NCBI GenBank assembly: GCA_964383585.1
Contig: CAYLHQ010000023.1
Location: 2,707 to 66,706 of the forward strand
Length of the DNA stretch: 64,000 bases
DNA from: an uncultured Acidobacteriota bacterium
GTDB taxonomy: Bacteria; Acidobacteriota; Polarisedimenticolia; Polarisedimenticolales; DASRJG01
Direction: 5' to 3'
This document shows, piece by piece, positions 54,889 through 64,000 of this stretch. Position numbers and translations under genes: made by a program. The notes under the pieces are model-generated. The model saw only the letters and a program-made list of their open reading frames with translations. It searched no databases and had not been told where the DNA came from. The stretch's first letter is position 1; every line of letters starts with the position of its first letter.

Positions 54889-56318
54889 TCGCCCGCGACC
54901 CCGAAACCGCGGCGCGGACCTCCTGGGACCTCGTGGTCGTGGGCGGGGGCGTCTACGGCGTCGGAGTCGCGCTCGAGGCGGCCCGGCGCGGCCTCCGTCC
55001 CCTCCTCCTCGAGCGGGGTGACTTCGGCGGGGAGACGACCTGGAACAGCCTCCGGATCGTCCACGGGGGCCTCCGCTACCTCCAGAGCCTCGACCTCCCT
55101 CGCTTCCGGGAGTCGGTCCGCGAGCGCCGCTGGTTCCTCCGCCATTTCCCCGATCGGGTCGAGCCGCTCCCGTGTCTGATGCCGCTCTACGGGGAAGGGG
55201 CCCGCCGTCCTTCGATCCTCGCGGCCGCGCTCGCGGCGAACCATCTCCTGTCCGCCACGAAGAATCTCGGGGTGCGGGGGGATCGGAAGCTCCCCTGGGG
55301 AGGGATCGCGTCGGCGGCCGAGGTGCGGAGGATCTTCCCGGGAGCGAGGCCCGACGGCCTCCGCGGAGGAGCGATCTGGTTCGACGCCGTCATGCCCGAC
55401 TCCGAGCGACTCCTCGTCGAGATGCTCCGCGCCGCCTGCGACCTCGGCGCCTCCGCCCTCAACCGGATGGAGGCGGTCTCGATCCGCGTCCGAGGAGAAC
55501 GCGCGGTCGGGGTCGTCGCGCGCGACGCGGAGACCGGGATCGAGCGGTCGTTCGACGCACCGGTCGTCGTGAATTGTGCCGGCCCTTGGGCGCGGGAGTT
55601 CGGGGACATTCCTGATTTGTTCCACCCTTCGCTCGCCTTCAATCTCCTGTTCGACCGCCCACCGGTGTCGACCCACGCCGTCGCGGTCGCCCCCCCGAAT
55701 CCGGGCGCCCGCACCTACTTCGTCACCGGCTGGAAGGGACGGCTCTTCGCCGGGACCTACCACCACGGGTGCGATCCGTCGGTCCGAACGGCGTCGCCGA
55801 GCGAATCGCAGATCGACCGATTCGTCGCCGACCTCAACGCGGCGATTCCCGGTTTCGACCTGCGGCGCGGCGAGATCTTGCGCGTTCACGCCGGGCTCCT
55901 CCCCGCGCGGCGCCCGGGGAGCGACGCGCTGGCGGTGAGGGAGACGATCCACGACCACGGAGCCGCGGGGGGACTCCGCGGACTCCACTCGGTCTCCGGG
56001 GTCAAGTGGACGACGGCGCGACTCGTCGGCGCGAAGACGGTCGACCGGATCTTCCCCGGACGCCGAGCCCTTCCGTTCTCGCGATCGCCGGGACCGCCCC
56101 CCCCCTCCTGGCGGGAGTTCCGCGATCTCGCCGCGCGCGACCGCTCCGCCGCCCGCGCCGTCGTCGAGGCGATCGTCCGGCGCGAATCGGTCCGCACTCC
56201 GGAGGACCTCGTGCTGCGGCGGACCGGCTGGGGCTCGGTCCCCTCCGACGCGCTCGAAGCGGAAGCGCTCGTCCTCGAACTCCTCGGGCCGGGCGCCTTC
56301 GCCGGAGCGATGCGTTGA
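54885..56318 (+). CDS. FAD-dependent oxidoreductase, glycerol-3-phosphate dehydrogenase (GlpA/GlpD) family
   Basis: VVVGGGVYG, LLLERGDFGGETT, VHGGLRYL, NCAGPW, KWTTAR. Confidence 0.85.
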   Translation: MIARDPETAARTSWDLVVVGGGVYGVGVALEAARRGLRPLLLERGDFGGETTWNSLRIVHGGLRYLQSLDLPRFRESVRERRWFLRHFPDRVEPLPCLMPLYGEGARRPSILAAALAANHLLSATKNLGVRGDRKLPWGGIASAAEVRRIFPGARPDGLRGGAIWFDAVMPDSERLLVEMLRAACDLGASALNRMEAVSIRVRGERAVGVVARDAETGIERSFDAPVVVNCAGPWAREFGDIPDLFHPSLAFNLLFDRPPVSTHAVAVAPPNPGARTYFVTGWKGRLFAGTYHHGCDPSVRTASPSESQIDRFVADLNAAIPGFDLRRGEILRVHAGLLPARRPGSDALAVRETIHDHGAAGGLRGLHSVSGVKWTTARLVGAKTVDRIFPGRRALPFSRSPGPPPPSWREFRDLAARDRSAARAVVEAIVRRESVRTPEDLVLRRTGWGSVPSDALEAEALVLELLGPGAFAGAMR

Positions 56319-57289
56319 GCGGCCGTTCGGTCCAGGTCGTCCTCCGGACCGCGGTGGGGATCGCCCTCCTCGGCTGGCTCCTCTCCGCCCTCGATCCGCA
56401 AGAGGTCGCCCGGTCGCTCGGAGGCGCCGACTGGCGCTGGGTGGCGGGAGGTCTCGCCGCCCAACTCGTGGCCAAGTTCGTCTGGGCGGCCCGGTGGCGG
56501 CGGATCCTCCTCGCGGGCGGTGTGCGGCGCGGGTTCTGGGACCTCCTCGCCCTCGTCCACATGGGACTCTTCTTCAACAGCTTTCTCCCGACGTCGGTCG
56601 GAGGGGACCTCGTCCGCGGCTACTACGCCTCGGGCCGCGGCGGGAAGACCGCGTCCTATGCCGCGCTCCTGGTCGAGCGCGGGATCGGGTTCGTCGCGAT
56701 GCTCGCCGTCGGCGGCGTCGCCGCGTCGCTCGCGCTCTTCGAGGAGGCCCCTCCCTTCCCCCCGCCGGTCCTCGTCGGCGTCGCGATCGGCGCGGGGCTC
56801 GCGGTCGCGCTCGGCCTCCTGGTCCCCCGGGTCGGATGGGTCGATTGGATCTCCGGCCGCCTCGCGTCCCGCGGCGGGCGCCTCGCGCGGCTTTCGACCC
56901 CCCTTTCGGAGTCGTCGAGGCTCTTTCGCGCGGGGGCCTCCTCCCCCGCGATCGTCGGCTGGTCGATCGCACTCCAGTTCGTCGCCGTCCTCTTCCACGT
57001 CGCGTGCGCGAGGGCGGTCGGGATCGAGGTCCCTCTCCTCGACTTCTTCCTGATCGTGCCCGCCTCGGTCGTCGCCTCCATGATCCCGATCTCGCTCAAC
57101 GGCCTCGGGATCCGCGAGGGCGTGCTCGTCGCCCTGACGACCGTCCGCGGCGCGGGAGGGGCCGACGCCGGAGGATTCGCGCTGCTCGCCCTTCTCCTCT
57201 CCACGCTCTTCGCGGGGATCGGTGGAATCCTCTATGCCCTCGGAATGCTCGGACGGATCGGAGGCCGAAGTGTCGCGTCTCGCCCCTGA
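56315..57289 (+). CDS. Lysylphosphatidylglycerol synthase TM-region (flippase-like, UPF0104) membrane protein
   Basis: Multiple TM helices, RWRRIL, FFNSFLPTSVGGDLVR, PISLNGLGIRE. Confidence 0.85.
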   Translation: MSGRSVQVVLRTAVGIALLGWLLSALDPQEVARSLGGADWRWVAGGLAAQLVAKFVWAARWRRILLAGGVRRGFWDLLALVHMGLFFNSFLPTSVGGDLVRGYYASGRGGKTASYAALLVERGIGFVAMLAVGGVAASLALFEEAPPFPPPVLVGVAIGAGLAVALGLLVPRVGWVDWISGRLASRGGRLARLSTPLSESSRLFRAGASSPAIVGWSIALQFVAVLFHVACARAVGIEVPLLDFFLIVPASVVASMIPISLNGLGIREGVLVALTTVRGAGGADAGGFALLALLLSTLFAGIGGILYALGMLGRIGGRSVASRP

Positions 57290-58076
57290 GGACCTCATCC
57301 GCGCCTACCCCGAGATCGACTTCCTGGTCGCCGAGGGGAAGGTGTCGAGCGACTACATGGTCGCCGTTCACAACGCCTTCTACGCGTTCGCGGCGGAACG
57401 GGTCGCGGAGCGGAGCGTCCTCGACGCCGGGTGCGGGGCGGGGTTCGGCGCCGCGATCCTCGCCCGGCGCTCCCCGTTCGCGGTGGGGCTCGACCTGAAG
57501 CCGCTTCTCCTGCGCTACGCCCGCGAGAACTACGGGAAACCGGGCCTCGAGTACGTCCGCATGGCGGCGGAGCGGATCGCCTTCGAGGATGCCTCGTTCG
57601 ATGCGGTCGTCGCCGACGAGCTTCTCGAGCACCTCCCCGACCACGTGCCGTTTCTCGACGAGGCGGCGCGCGTCCTCCGGCCCGGCGGCGTCTTCGTCTG
57701 CGCGACGGTCAACGGAGCGCTCTCCTTCGGCTCGCTCGAGGACCCCTTGAACCGGAACCACTTCCGCGAATTCGACGCCCCCGCCTTCCGCGCGGAGCTC
57801 GCGAAGTGGTTCGACGACGTGGAGCTCTACGGCCAGCGGATCGGCGATCGTTACAAGCGCTACATGAAGCACCCCGCCGCGCGCGCGATCGAGTGGTTCC
57901 TCGTGAAACTCAACGTCAAGCACCGGATCCCGGCGGCGATTCGCGCCAAGGTCCGGGGGAAGATCACGGGAGTCCGCTCGACCGAGGCGGCCCGGGAGGA
58001 CTTCGCCGTGGTCCGCGAGGGCCTCGAGTCGTCCTTCTACCTCGTCGCGACCGCGAGGGGGAGGGGACCGCGGTGA
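57270..58076 (+). CDS. Class I SAM-dependent methyltransferase
   Basis: VLDAGCGAGFG, FDAVV, LLEHL, RVLRPGG. Start uncertain (57222 or 57270). Confidence 0.9.
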   Translation: MSRLAPEDLIRAYPEIDFLVAEGKVSSDYMVAVHNAFYAFAAERVAERSVLDAGCGAGFGAAILARRSPFAVGLDLKPLLLRYARENYGKPGLEYVRMAAERIAFEDASFDAVVADELLEHLPDHVPFLDEAARVLRPGGVFVCATVNGALSFGSLEDPLNRNHFREFDAPAFRAELAKWFDDVELYGQRIGDRYKRYMKHPAARAIEWFLVKLNVKHRIPAAIRAKVRGKITGVRSTEAAREDFAVVREGLESSFYLVATARGRGPR

Positions 58077-58999
58077 AGCGGACCGTCGCGATCGCCGCGT
58101 TGGTTCTCGCGGGACTCGGCACGGCCGTCCTCCTCTCGCGCCTCGCCGACGCGACGCGGAAGACGCGCGCCGAAGGGGGATGGGCGGCCCTCCGCCTCGC
58201 CTTTCCCGAGCCCGACGAGCGGATCGCTCTCGACTCGTTTCCCGGCCGCCTCGACGTCGCGGTCTATCGACCGGCGAACGTCCCCCCGGCGGCGTCGATC
58301 CTGCTCCTCCACGGGAACCGGCGCGCGGGGGCCGACGCGGGGCTCTACCGCCTCCTCGCGCGGTGCCTCGCCGAGCGGGGCGCAGAGGTGTACGCACCCA
58401 GCCTCCCGGGGTACGGGAGGTCCGATCCGTATCCCGAGGGACGCGCGGTCTCGTCCGCCGACTTTCGTCGCGCGGCGGGCGATGCGCTCGCTCTCGTCCG
58501 GAACCGCGCGCACGCAGGCTCTCCCGTGGCGGTCGTGGGACACTCGCTCGGCGCGAACCTGGCCCTGGGACTCGTCCACGGGGACCTCTCCGTCGTCGCG
58601 ATCGAGCCCGGAAGGAGACTCAGGGAACGCGTCTGGGAGACGCCCTCGCCGGACCTTCCCGAGTTCGTCGAGAAGCTCAGGGGCAACATCCGAGGCGGGG
58701 TCGTGGACGAGTCGTCGGTCAGAACCCTCTACCGGGCCCTCGACCCGGAGCTGGGCGCCCCCGGGCCGCCCGGACCTTGCGCCGTGCTCTACACTCGGCG
58801 CCTGTCGCCGCCGGACCTCGACGCGGTCCGGCGGATCGGCGGGGCGAACGCGGCCGAGATCGTCTGGCTCGACAATCGCGGCCACGACTTCGGGGCCGAA
58901 GAACTCCTGGGGGGGGTCGCGTACCCATCCCCGTTGATCGAGACGCTCGTCGACACCATCTTGTCTCGAATCTCCGCGCCGGACGCGCGGGAGAAGTGA
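58073..58999 (+). CDS. Alpha/beta hydrolase with N-terminal anchor
   Basis: LLHG, SLPGYGRS, GHSLG nucleophile elbow. Confidence 0.82.
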   Translation: MKRTVAIAALVLAGLGTAVLLSRLADATRKTRAEGGWAALRLAFPEPDERIALDSFPGRLDVAVYRPANVPPAASILLLHGNRRAGADAGLYRLLARCLAERGAEVYAPSLPGYGRSDPYPEGRAVSSADFRRAAGDALALVRNRAHAGSPVAVVGHSLGANLALGLVHGDLSVVAIEPGRRLRERVWETPSPDLPEFVEKLRGNIRGGVVDESSVRTLYRALDPELGAPGPPGPCAVLYTRRLSPPDLDAVRRIGGANAAEIVWLDNRGHDFGAEELLGGVAYPSPLIETLVDTILSRISAPDAREK

Positions 59000-59009
59000 G
59001 GAAACGCCG

Positions 59010-60764
59010 ATGTCGATCATCCTCGGGGTCACCGACGGCGACGATGCGGGAGCCGTCGTCCTGGTCGACGGCCGTCTCGTCGCGGCCGTCAACGAAGAGC
59101 GGCTGAACCGCATGAAGATGTCGATCGGCTTCCCGCGCCTTTCCGTGCGGGAGGCGCTCCGGCTCGCGCGGGTGGAACCGAAGGACGTCACGCACGTCGC
59201 CATGGCGGCGATCGGCGAGACCTTCCATCCCGAGTCGAAGCCGAACAAGGGGTGGTTCCAGGAGGCTTCGACGGTCGCTCGCGTCCGAAACGAGATCTCG
59301 GCCGCGCTCGCGAAACCGCTCGGCGGCTCGAAGGCGGCGCGGAACGCTTACCGGCACCTGAAGCGGCTCACCATGGGCCGCCGTCGCGCGGGAGCGAAGC
59401 GGCTCCTCGAAGAGGCGGGGGTTCGCGCGCCGATGTCCTACCACGACCACCACACCTGCCACGCGATGTCGGCCTACCTCGCGAGCGGCGAGGAGACGGT
59501 CCTGTCGATCTCGCTCGACGGCGGGGGGGACGGCTCGGCCGCTTCGATCTGGGCGATCGAGGGGGGACGACCCCGCCTCCTCCACCGGATCGACTCGTTC
59601 GATTCGATCGGGAACTTCTACGCCTACGTCACCCACCTGTGCGGCTATCGCGCGTCGATCCACGAGGGGAAGATCACCGGCCTCGCGGCGCACGGGGAGC
59701 CCCGCTACCTCGACCTCTTCCGCTCCTGGATCCGTTACGAGGACGGCGACATCCGGAACGAGGGGCGGCTCTTCCACCGCGCCGCGCTCCTCGCGATGGC
59801 CGCGGCGCTTCCCCCCGACTGGGAGCACCGCGACCTCGCCGCCTCGGTGCAGAAGCACCTCGAGGAGGTCGTCGTCGCCTTCGTCGAGCACTGGGTGCGG
59901 AAGAGCGGACTCGGCCGCGTCTGCCTTTCGGGCGGGGTCTTCGCGAACGTCCTCCTGAACCAGCGGATCGCCGACCTCCCCGGCGTCGAAAAGGTCTACG
60001 TCTTCCCCGCGATGGGGGACGGCGGGCTCGCCGCGGGCTCGGCCGCCGACGCGTACATGGCGGAGGCCCGCATGGCGGGGAGGTCTCCGGCCTTCGAGCG
60101 GCTCGCGCACGTCTATCTCGGTCCGGCCTACTCCGACGCCGAGATCGAGCGCGCTCTCCGCTCCGCAGGATTTCCCTACCGCCGCCTCGACCCGATCGAG
60201 GACGAGATCGCGCGGCTCATCCACGCCGGGCGAGTCGTCGCGCGCTTCGACGGGGCGATGGAGTACGGACCGCGCGCCCTCGGAAGCCGCACGATCATGT
60301 ACCGGACCTCCGACCCGAGCGTGAACACCTGGCTCAACAAGCGCCTCAACCGGACCGAGTTCATGCCGTTCGCCCCCGCCGTCCTTCCGGGGTTCGAGTC
60401 GCAGCTCTTCCGATGGAACCCCGCGTCGGAGTGGTCGGCGCGATTCATGACGATCACCCTCGACTGCACCGACTGGATGAAGGAGCGCTGCCCCGCGGTC
60501 GTCCACATCGACGGAACGGCGAGGCCGCAGATCGTCCACGCGGAGACCAACCCGTCGTTCCATGCCGTGCTCCGCAAGTACCGCGAGCTGTCGGGCGTCC
60601 CCGTCGTCGTGAACACCTCGTTCAACATGCACGAGGAGCCGATCGTCTGCTCCCCCGACGACGCGATCCGCTCGTGGGCGCAGGGGAAGCTCGACAACCT
60701 CGCGATCGGACCGTTCCTCGTCGGGCCGACCGCTTCGGAGCCTGCGCCTGTACACGCCGATTAG
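59010..60764 (+). CDS. Carbamoyltransferase (NodU/CmcH/TobZ family)
   Basis: AAVNEERLNR, HHTCHA, EGKITGLAAHG, EYGPRALGSR, FMPFAP, HIDGTARPQ, VNTSFN. Confidence 0.93.
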   Translation: MSIILGVTDGDDAGAVVLVDGRLVAAVNEERLNRMKMSIGFPRLSVREALRLARVEPKDVTHVAMAAIGETFHPESKPNKGWFQEASTVARVRNEISAALAKPLGGSKAARNAYRHLKRLTMGRRRAGAKRLLEEAGVRAPMSYHDHHTCHAMSAYLASGEETVLSISLDGGGDGSAASIWAIEGGRPRLLHRIDSFDSIGNFYAYVTHLCGYRASIHEGKITGLAAHGEPRYLDLFRSWIRYEDGDIRNEGRLFHRAALLAMAAALPPDWEHRDLAASVQKHLEEVVVAFVEHWVRKSGLGRVCLSGGVFANVLLNQRIADLPGVEKVYVFPAMGDGGLAAGSAADAYMAEARMAGRSPAFERLAHVYLGPAYSDAEIERALRSAGFPYRRLDPIEDEIARLIHAGRVVARFDGAMEYGPRALGSRTIMYRTSDPSVNTWLNKRLNRTEFMPFAPAVLPGFESQLFRWNPASEWSARFMTITLDCTDWMKERCPAVVHIDGTARPQIVHAETNPSFHAVLRKYRELSGVPVVVNTSFNMHEEPIVCSPDDAIRSWAQGKLDNLAIGPFLVGPTASEPAPVHAD

Positions 60765-60890
60765 CCGGATAGGCTAGAATCCGCCTGCCTCCAGGGGACG
60801 GGCATTCATAGTTGGTGTGCCCGGTTCGAATAGGCGATACAAAAAGCCCCTGCGCCCGCTTCCGAACGACTGTATATCCACAGCAGCCCG

Positions 60891-63800
60891 ATGTACCGAA
60901 TCGTCCTGCGCTCCTCCACCCCCCCGCGGGGATCGCGTGCGCGGCGCCTCGTCGCCGTGCTCGGAGGGCTGTCTCTCGCGATCTTCCTCGTCGCCCCCGC
61001 GCTCGCGGCGGACACGGACGGGGACGGCGTCGACGACGCGTTCGACTGCGCGCCGAACCTTCGCGCGACGTGGACGACACCCGGAGAGACACCCGATCTT
61101 CGCTTCGACGCGTCGGGGGCGCTGACCTGGAACGGAGCGCCTCAGGCGCACGTTTACAACGTCTACCGCGGCTCGGTCGCCGCGGACGACCCGTTCTCGT
61201 ACAACCACGCGTGCCGCGCGCCTCAGCTCGCCACGCGCGAGACGGTCGACGCCGAAGACCCGCCTCCCGGCGTCCTCTTCTACTACGTCGTCGGAGGCCG
61301 GAACGGCTGCGGCGACGGGACCCTCGGGGAAGGGACGGCCGGCCCGAGGCCGGACGGCGCGGCCTGTGCGGTCGACCCGCTCGCCGACTCCGACGCGGAC
61401 GGCATCCCCGACCTCGACGACGTCTGCGCGGCAACGGCGGACGCCGCGCAGGAAGACGCCGACCTCGACGGGGTCGGCGACACGTGCGACGTGTGCCCCT
61501 CCGCAGGCGACCCCGCGCAGTCCGACGCCGACGGGGACGGCGTCGGCGACGCCTGCGACCCCTGCCCGGACGACCTCAACAACGACCCCGACGCCGACGG
61601 GCTCTGCGACGTCGCGGACAACTGCCCGGCGGTCGCGAACGCCGATCAGGCCGACGCCGACGCCGACGGGTTCGGAAACGTCTGCGATCCGTGCCCCGTC
61701 GATCCGGGGAACGACGCCGACGCCGACGGAGTCTGCGCGGACGCCGACAACTGCCCGGCGATCTCGAACGCCGGCCAGGAGGACGCGGACGGGGACGGGA
61801 TCGGAAACGTCTGCGATCCGTGCCCCCTGGACCCCGCGAACGACACGGACGCCGACGGCGTCTGCGGCGACGTCGACAATTGCCCCGCGATCGCGAACCC
61901 CGGCCAGGCCGATCTCGACGGCGATGCGCAGGGAGACGCCTGCGACCTCGACGACGACGGGGACGGCGTTCCCGACCTCGCCGACAACTGCCCCGCGATC
62001 GCGAACGCCGGCCAGGAGGACGCGGACGCCGACGGAACGGGCGACCCCTGCGACGCATGCCCCAACGACCCCTCCGACGACGTCGACGCCGACGGCGTAT
62101 GCGGCCTCGACGACAACTGCCCCGCCGTCGCGAACGCCGACCAGGCGGACCTCGACGGCGACGCGCAGGGAGACGCGTGCGACCTCGACGACGACGGGGA
62201 CGGGGAACCGGACGATTCGGACAACTGCCCGGCGGTCGTGAACGCGGACCAGGCCGACGCCGACGCCGACGGGATCGGCGACGCCTGCGACGCGTGCGGG
62301 AACGATCCCGGGAACGACCTCGACGGCGACGGTCTCTGCGGCGATTCCGACAACTGCCCCTCCGTCGCGAACCCCCTCCAGACCGACACCGACGGAGACG
62401 GGTTCGGCGATCCTTGCGAACCCCGGCGGGTGAACTTCAGCCCCGCCGCGTCGGCGATCCCTCCCGACTTCGTCAAGGACGACGGAAGCGCCTTCTCCGG
62501 GGCGCGCCGGTACGGGTGGAACGCGGCGGTCGAAACGCGCGAGACGGTCAGTCCGGAACCGCTCGAGCGGGATACCTTCGCGCTCGTGACGGTCGAGCGG
62601 CGGTGGACCTTCGAGCTCCCGCCGGGCGACTACGACGTCCGGGTCGTCGCCGGGGACGCGGTCGATCCGCGAGGCCCCCACCGGGTCGAAACCGAGGGTG
62701 TCCCGGCGATCGCGGACGTTGCGACCGCGGCGGGCGAGTTCCTCACGGAGACCCGCCGCGTCCGCGTGCGGGACGGCCGGCTCGACTTCCGGGTCGGGGG
62801 GAGCGCGGGCGACACCGCTCTCGACTACACCGAGATCTTTGTCGCTCCCGACACGAAGCCCTCGCTCCGCTCGATCAACTTCGAGCCTTCGACCTCGGCG
62901 ACCCCCGCGGGGTGGGAGCGGGACACGGGGGCGGTCTTCTCCGCCGCGCGGGGCTACGGCTGGAGCGAAACGCCGGCGATGCGGGACCGCGCACGCGACG
63001 TGCCGCAGGTGCTCGACACCTTCGCGTTCACCTCGGCGCCGAAGACGTGGGATCTCGTCGTCCCGAACGGCTTCTGGGACGTCTGGCTCTCGATCGGCGA
63101 CACCGACTTCCCGCACGCCCGGCAGCGGGTCCTGCTCGAGGGCGTTCCCGTCATCCCCGCGGCCGACACCGTCGCCGGTCAGTTCGTCGAGGTTCGGACG
63201 GGCGCCGAGGTCGCGGACGGGCGCCTGTCGGTCACGATCGGCGGCAACATTCAGAACACCTGCCTCAACTACGTCGTCGTCGCCCCGGCCGCTCCGGACG
63301 CCGACGGCGACGGGTTGGCGAACGAGTCGGACAACTGCCCGTTCGTCACGAACGCCGACCAGGCGAACGCCGACGGTGACGCCCTCGGAGACGCGTGCGA
63401 CGCCGACACCGACGGCGACGGGACCGAGAACTTCCGGGACAACTGTCCGGCCACTCCGAATCCGACCCAGACCGATTCCGACGGCGACGCGTTCGGCGAC
63501 GCCTGCGACAACTGCCCGGCCGTGGCGAACTCGAGCCAGGCGAACGCCGACGGCGACGCCTTCGGCGACGTCTGCGACGCTTGCCCGGCCGACCCGCTGA
63601 ACGACGCGGACGCCGACGGCGTGTGCGGCAATGTCGACAACTGCCCCGCGGTTGCGAATGCCGAGCAGGGGAATGGCGACGGAGACGCGTTGGGCGACGC
63701 CTGCGACGCTTGCCCCGCCGACCCGTTCAATGACGCGGACGCCGACGGCGTGTGCGGCAATGTCGACAACTGCCCCGCGGTCGCGAACGCCGACCAGCTC

Positions 63801-64000
63801 AACGCGGATGGTGACGCCTTCGGCGACGCCTGCGACGCCTGCCCCAACGATCCGTTGAACGACGCGGATGCCGACGGCGTCTGCGGCAACGCCGACAACT
63901 GCCCGGCGGTCGCGAATGCCGACCAGGTGAACACGGACGGCGATGCCCTCGGCGACGCGTGCGACGCTTGCCCCGCCGACCCGCTCAACGACGCGGACGC
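60891..64000 (+). CDS. Large secreted thrombospondin type-3 (TSP3) repeat protein with an N-terminal Cys-containing domain and two galactose-binding-like domains; runs off the window
   Basis: Translated by hand from ATG 60891. Signal region, at least 13 DNC motifs in DxDxDG..D.CDxC repeats (often 129-bp period). Central tandem domains NF.P....P..W..D.G..F...R.YGW...G.YDV....GD. Confidence 0.88.
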   Translation, partial: MYRIVLRSSTPPRGSRARRLVAVLGGLSLAIFLVAPALAADTDGDGVDDAFDCAPNLRATWTTPGETPDLRFDASGALTWNGAPQAHVYNVYRGSVAADDPFSYNHACRAPQLATRETVDAEDPPPGVLFYYVVGGRNGCGDGTLGEGTAGPRPDGAACAVDPLADSDADGIPDLDDVCAATADAAQEDADLDGVGDTCDVCPSAGDPAQSDADGDGVGDACDPCPDDLNNDPDADGLCDVADNCPAVANADQADADADGFGNVCDPCPVDPGNDADADGVCADADNCPAISNAGQEDADGDGIGNVCDPCPLDPANDTDADGVCGDVDNCPAIANPGQADLDGDAQGDACDLDDDGDGVPDLADNCPAIANAGQEDADADGTGDPCDACPNDPSDDVDADGVCGLDDNCPAVANADQADLDGDAQGDACDLDDDGDGEPDDSDNCPAVVNADQADADADGIGDACDACGNDPGNDLDGDGLCGDSDNCPSVANPLQTDTDGDGFGDPCEPRRVNFSPAASAIPPDFVKDDGSAFSGARRYGWNAAVETRETVSPEPLERDTFALVTVERRWTFELPPGDYDVRVVAGDAVDPRGPHRVETEGVPAIADVATAAGEFLTETRRVRVRDGRLDFRVGGSAGDTALDYTEIFVAPDTKPSLRSINFEPSTSATPAGWERDTGAVFSAARGYGWSETPAMRDRARDVPQVLDTFAFTSAPKTWDLVVPNGFWDVWLSIGDTDFPHARQRVLLEGVPVIPAADTVAGQFVEVRTGAEVADGRLSVTIGGNIQNTCLNYVVVAPAAPDADGDGLANESDNCPFVTNADQANADGDALGDACDADTDGDGTENFRDNCPATPNPTQTDSDGDAFGDACDNCPAVANSSQANADGDAFGDVCDACPADPLNDADADGVCGNVDNCPAVANAEQGNGDGDALGDACDACPADPFNDADADGVCGNVDNCPAVANADQLNADGDAFGDACDACPNDPLNDADADGVCGNADNCPAVANADQVNTDGDALGDACDACPADPLNDAD

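Noticed and set aside
60765-60890. Riboswitch (e.g. c-di-GMP) upstream of the TSP3 gene
   Set aside because: I could not recognise any conserved aptamer motif. An Infernal/Rfam scan would be needed to exclude one.
1-64000. tRNA, rRNA, transposase, integrase, prophage or defence genes
   Set aside because: None was recognised by eye. Nearly all sequence is accounted for by the listed genes. tRNAscan and Rfam were not run.

Overview
Very GC-rich (about 70%) diderm bacterial chromosome segment. An Acidobacteriota-like origin is a guess from gene style only. Most long ORFs in the supplied track are GC shadow frames. Real content, left to right: (1) a TlpA-type redoxin, a 60-aa protein, a sigma-54 activator and a Zn-dehydrogenase. 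(2) A 28-kb phosphate supercluster (4.6-32.2 kb). Its minus arm encodes a tandem-duplicated secreted beta-helix-like protein, a helical-repeat protein, a TonB-dependent receptor, DUF3450, two ExbB, ExbD, TonB, a TPR protein, an orphan PhoB-like regulator, Ppx and CYTH-CHAD. Its plus arm encodes an OprO/P porin, pstSCAB, phoU, phoB and phoR. Pho-box-like 11-bp periodic repeats occur in five places in four intergenic regions. (3) A divergent cyclophilin, a 3x294-bp inverted-repeat-bounded array, pilT, a dCMP deaminase, a short sigma-70 factor and a 3x49-bp REP-like array. (4) A sigma-54 promoter-driven operon: FnIII-IPT-dockerin protein, cohesin lipoprotein, PAS kinase and sigma-54 activator. 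(5) A 19-kb surface-polysaccharide biosynthesis and tailoring cluster with an acyl ligase plus ACP, a LarA-family enzyme, AsnB, a carbamoyltransferase and methyltransferases. (6) A truncated TSP3-repeat surface protein. Two unannotated Lys/Ala-rich microproteins (20 and 25 aa) each have their own near-consensus promoter, ribosome-binding site and terminator. The best novelty candidates are the cohesin-dockerin/sigma-54 operon, the Pho-linked TonB uptake system, the microproteins, and a Cys-containing domain shared by two unrelated secreted proteins. No tRNA, rRNA, CRISPR array or transposase was recognised.
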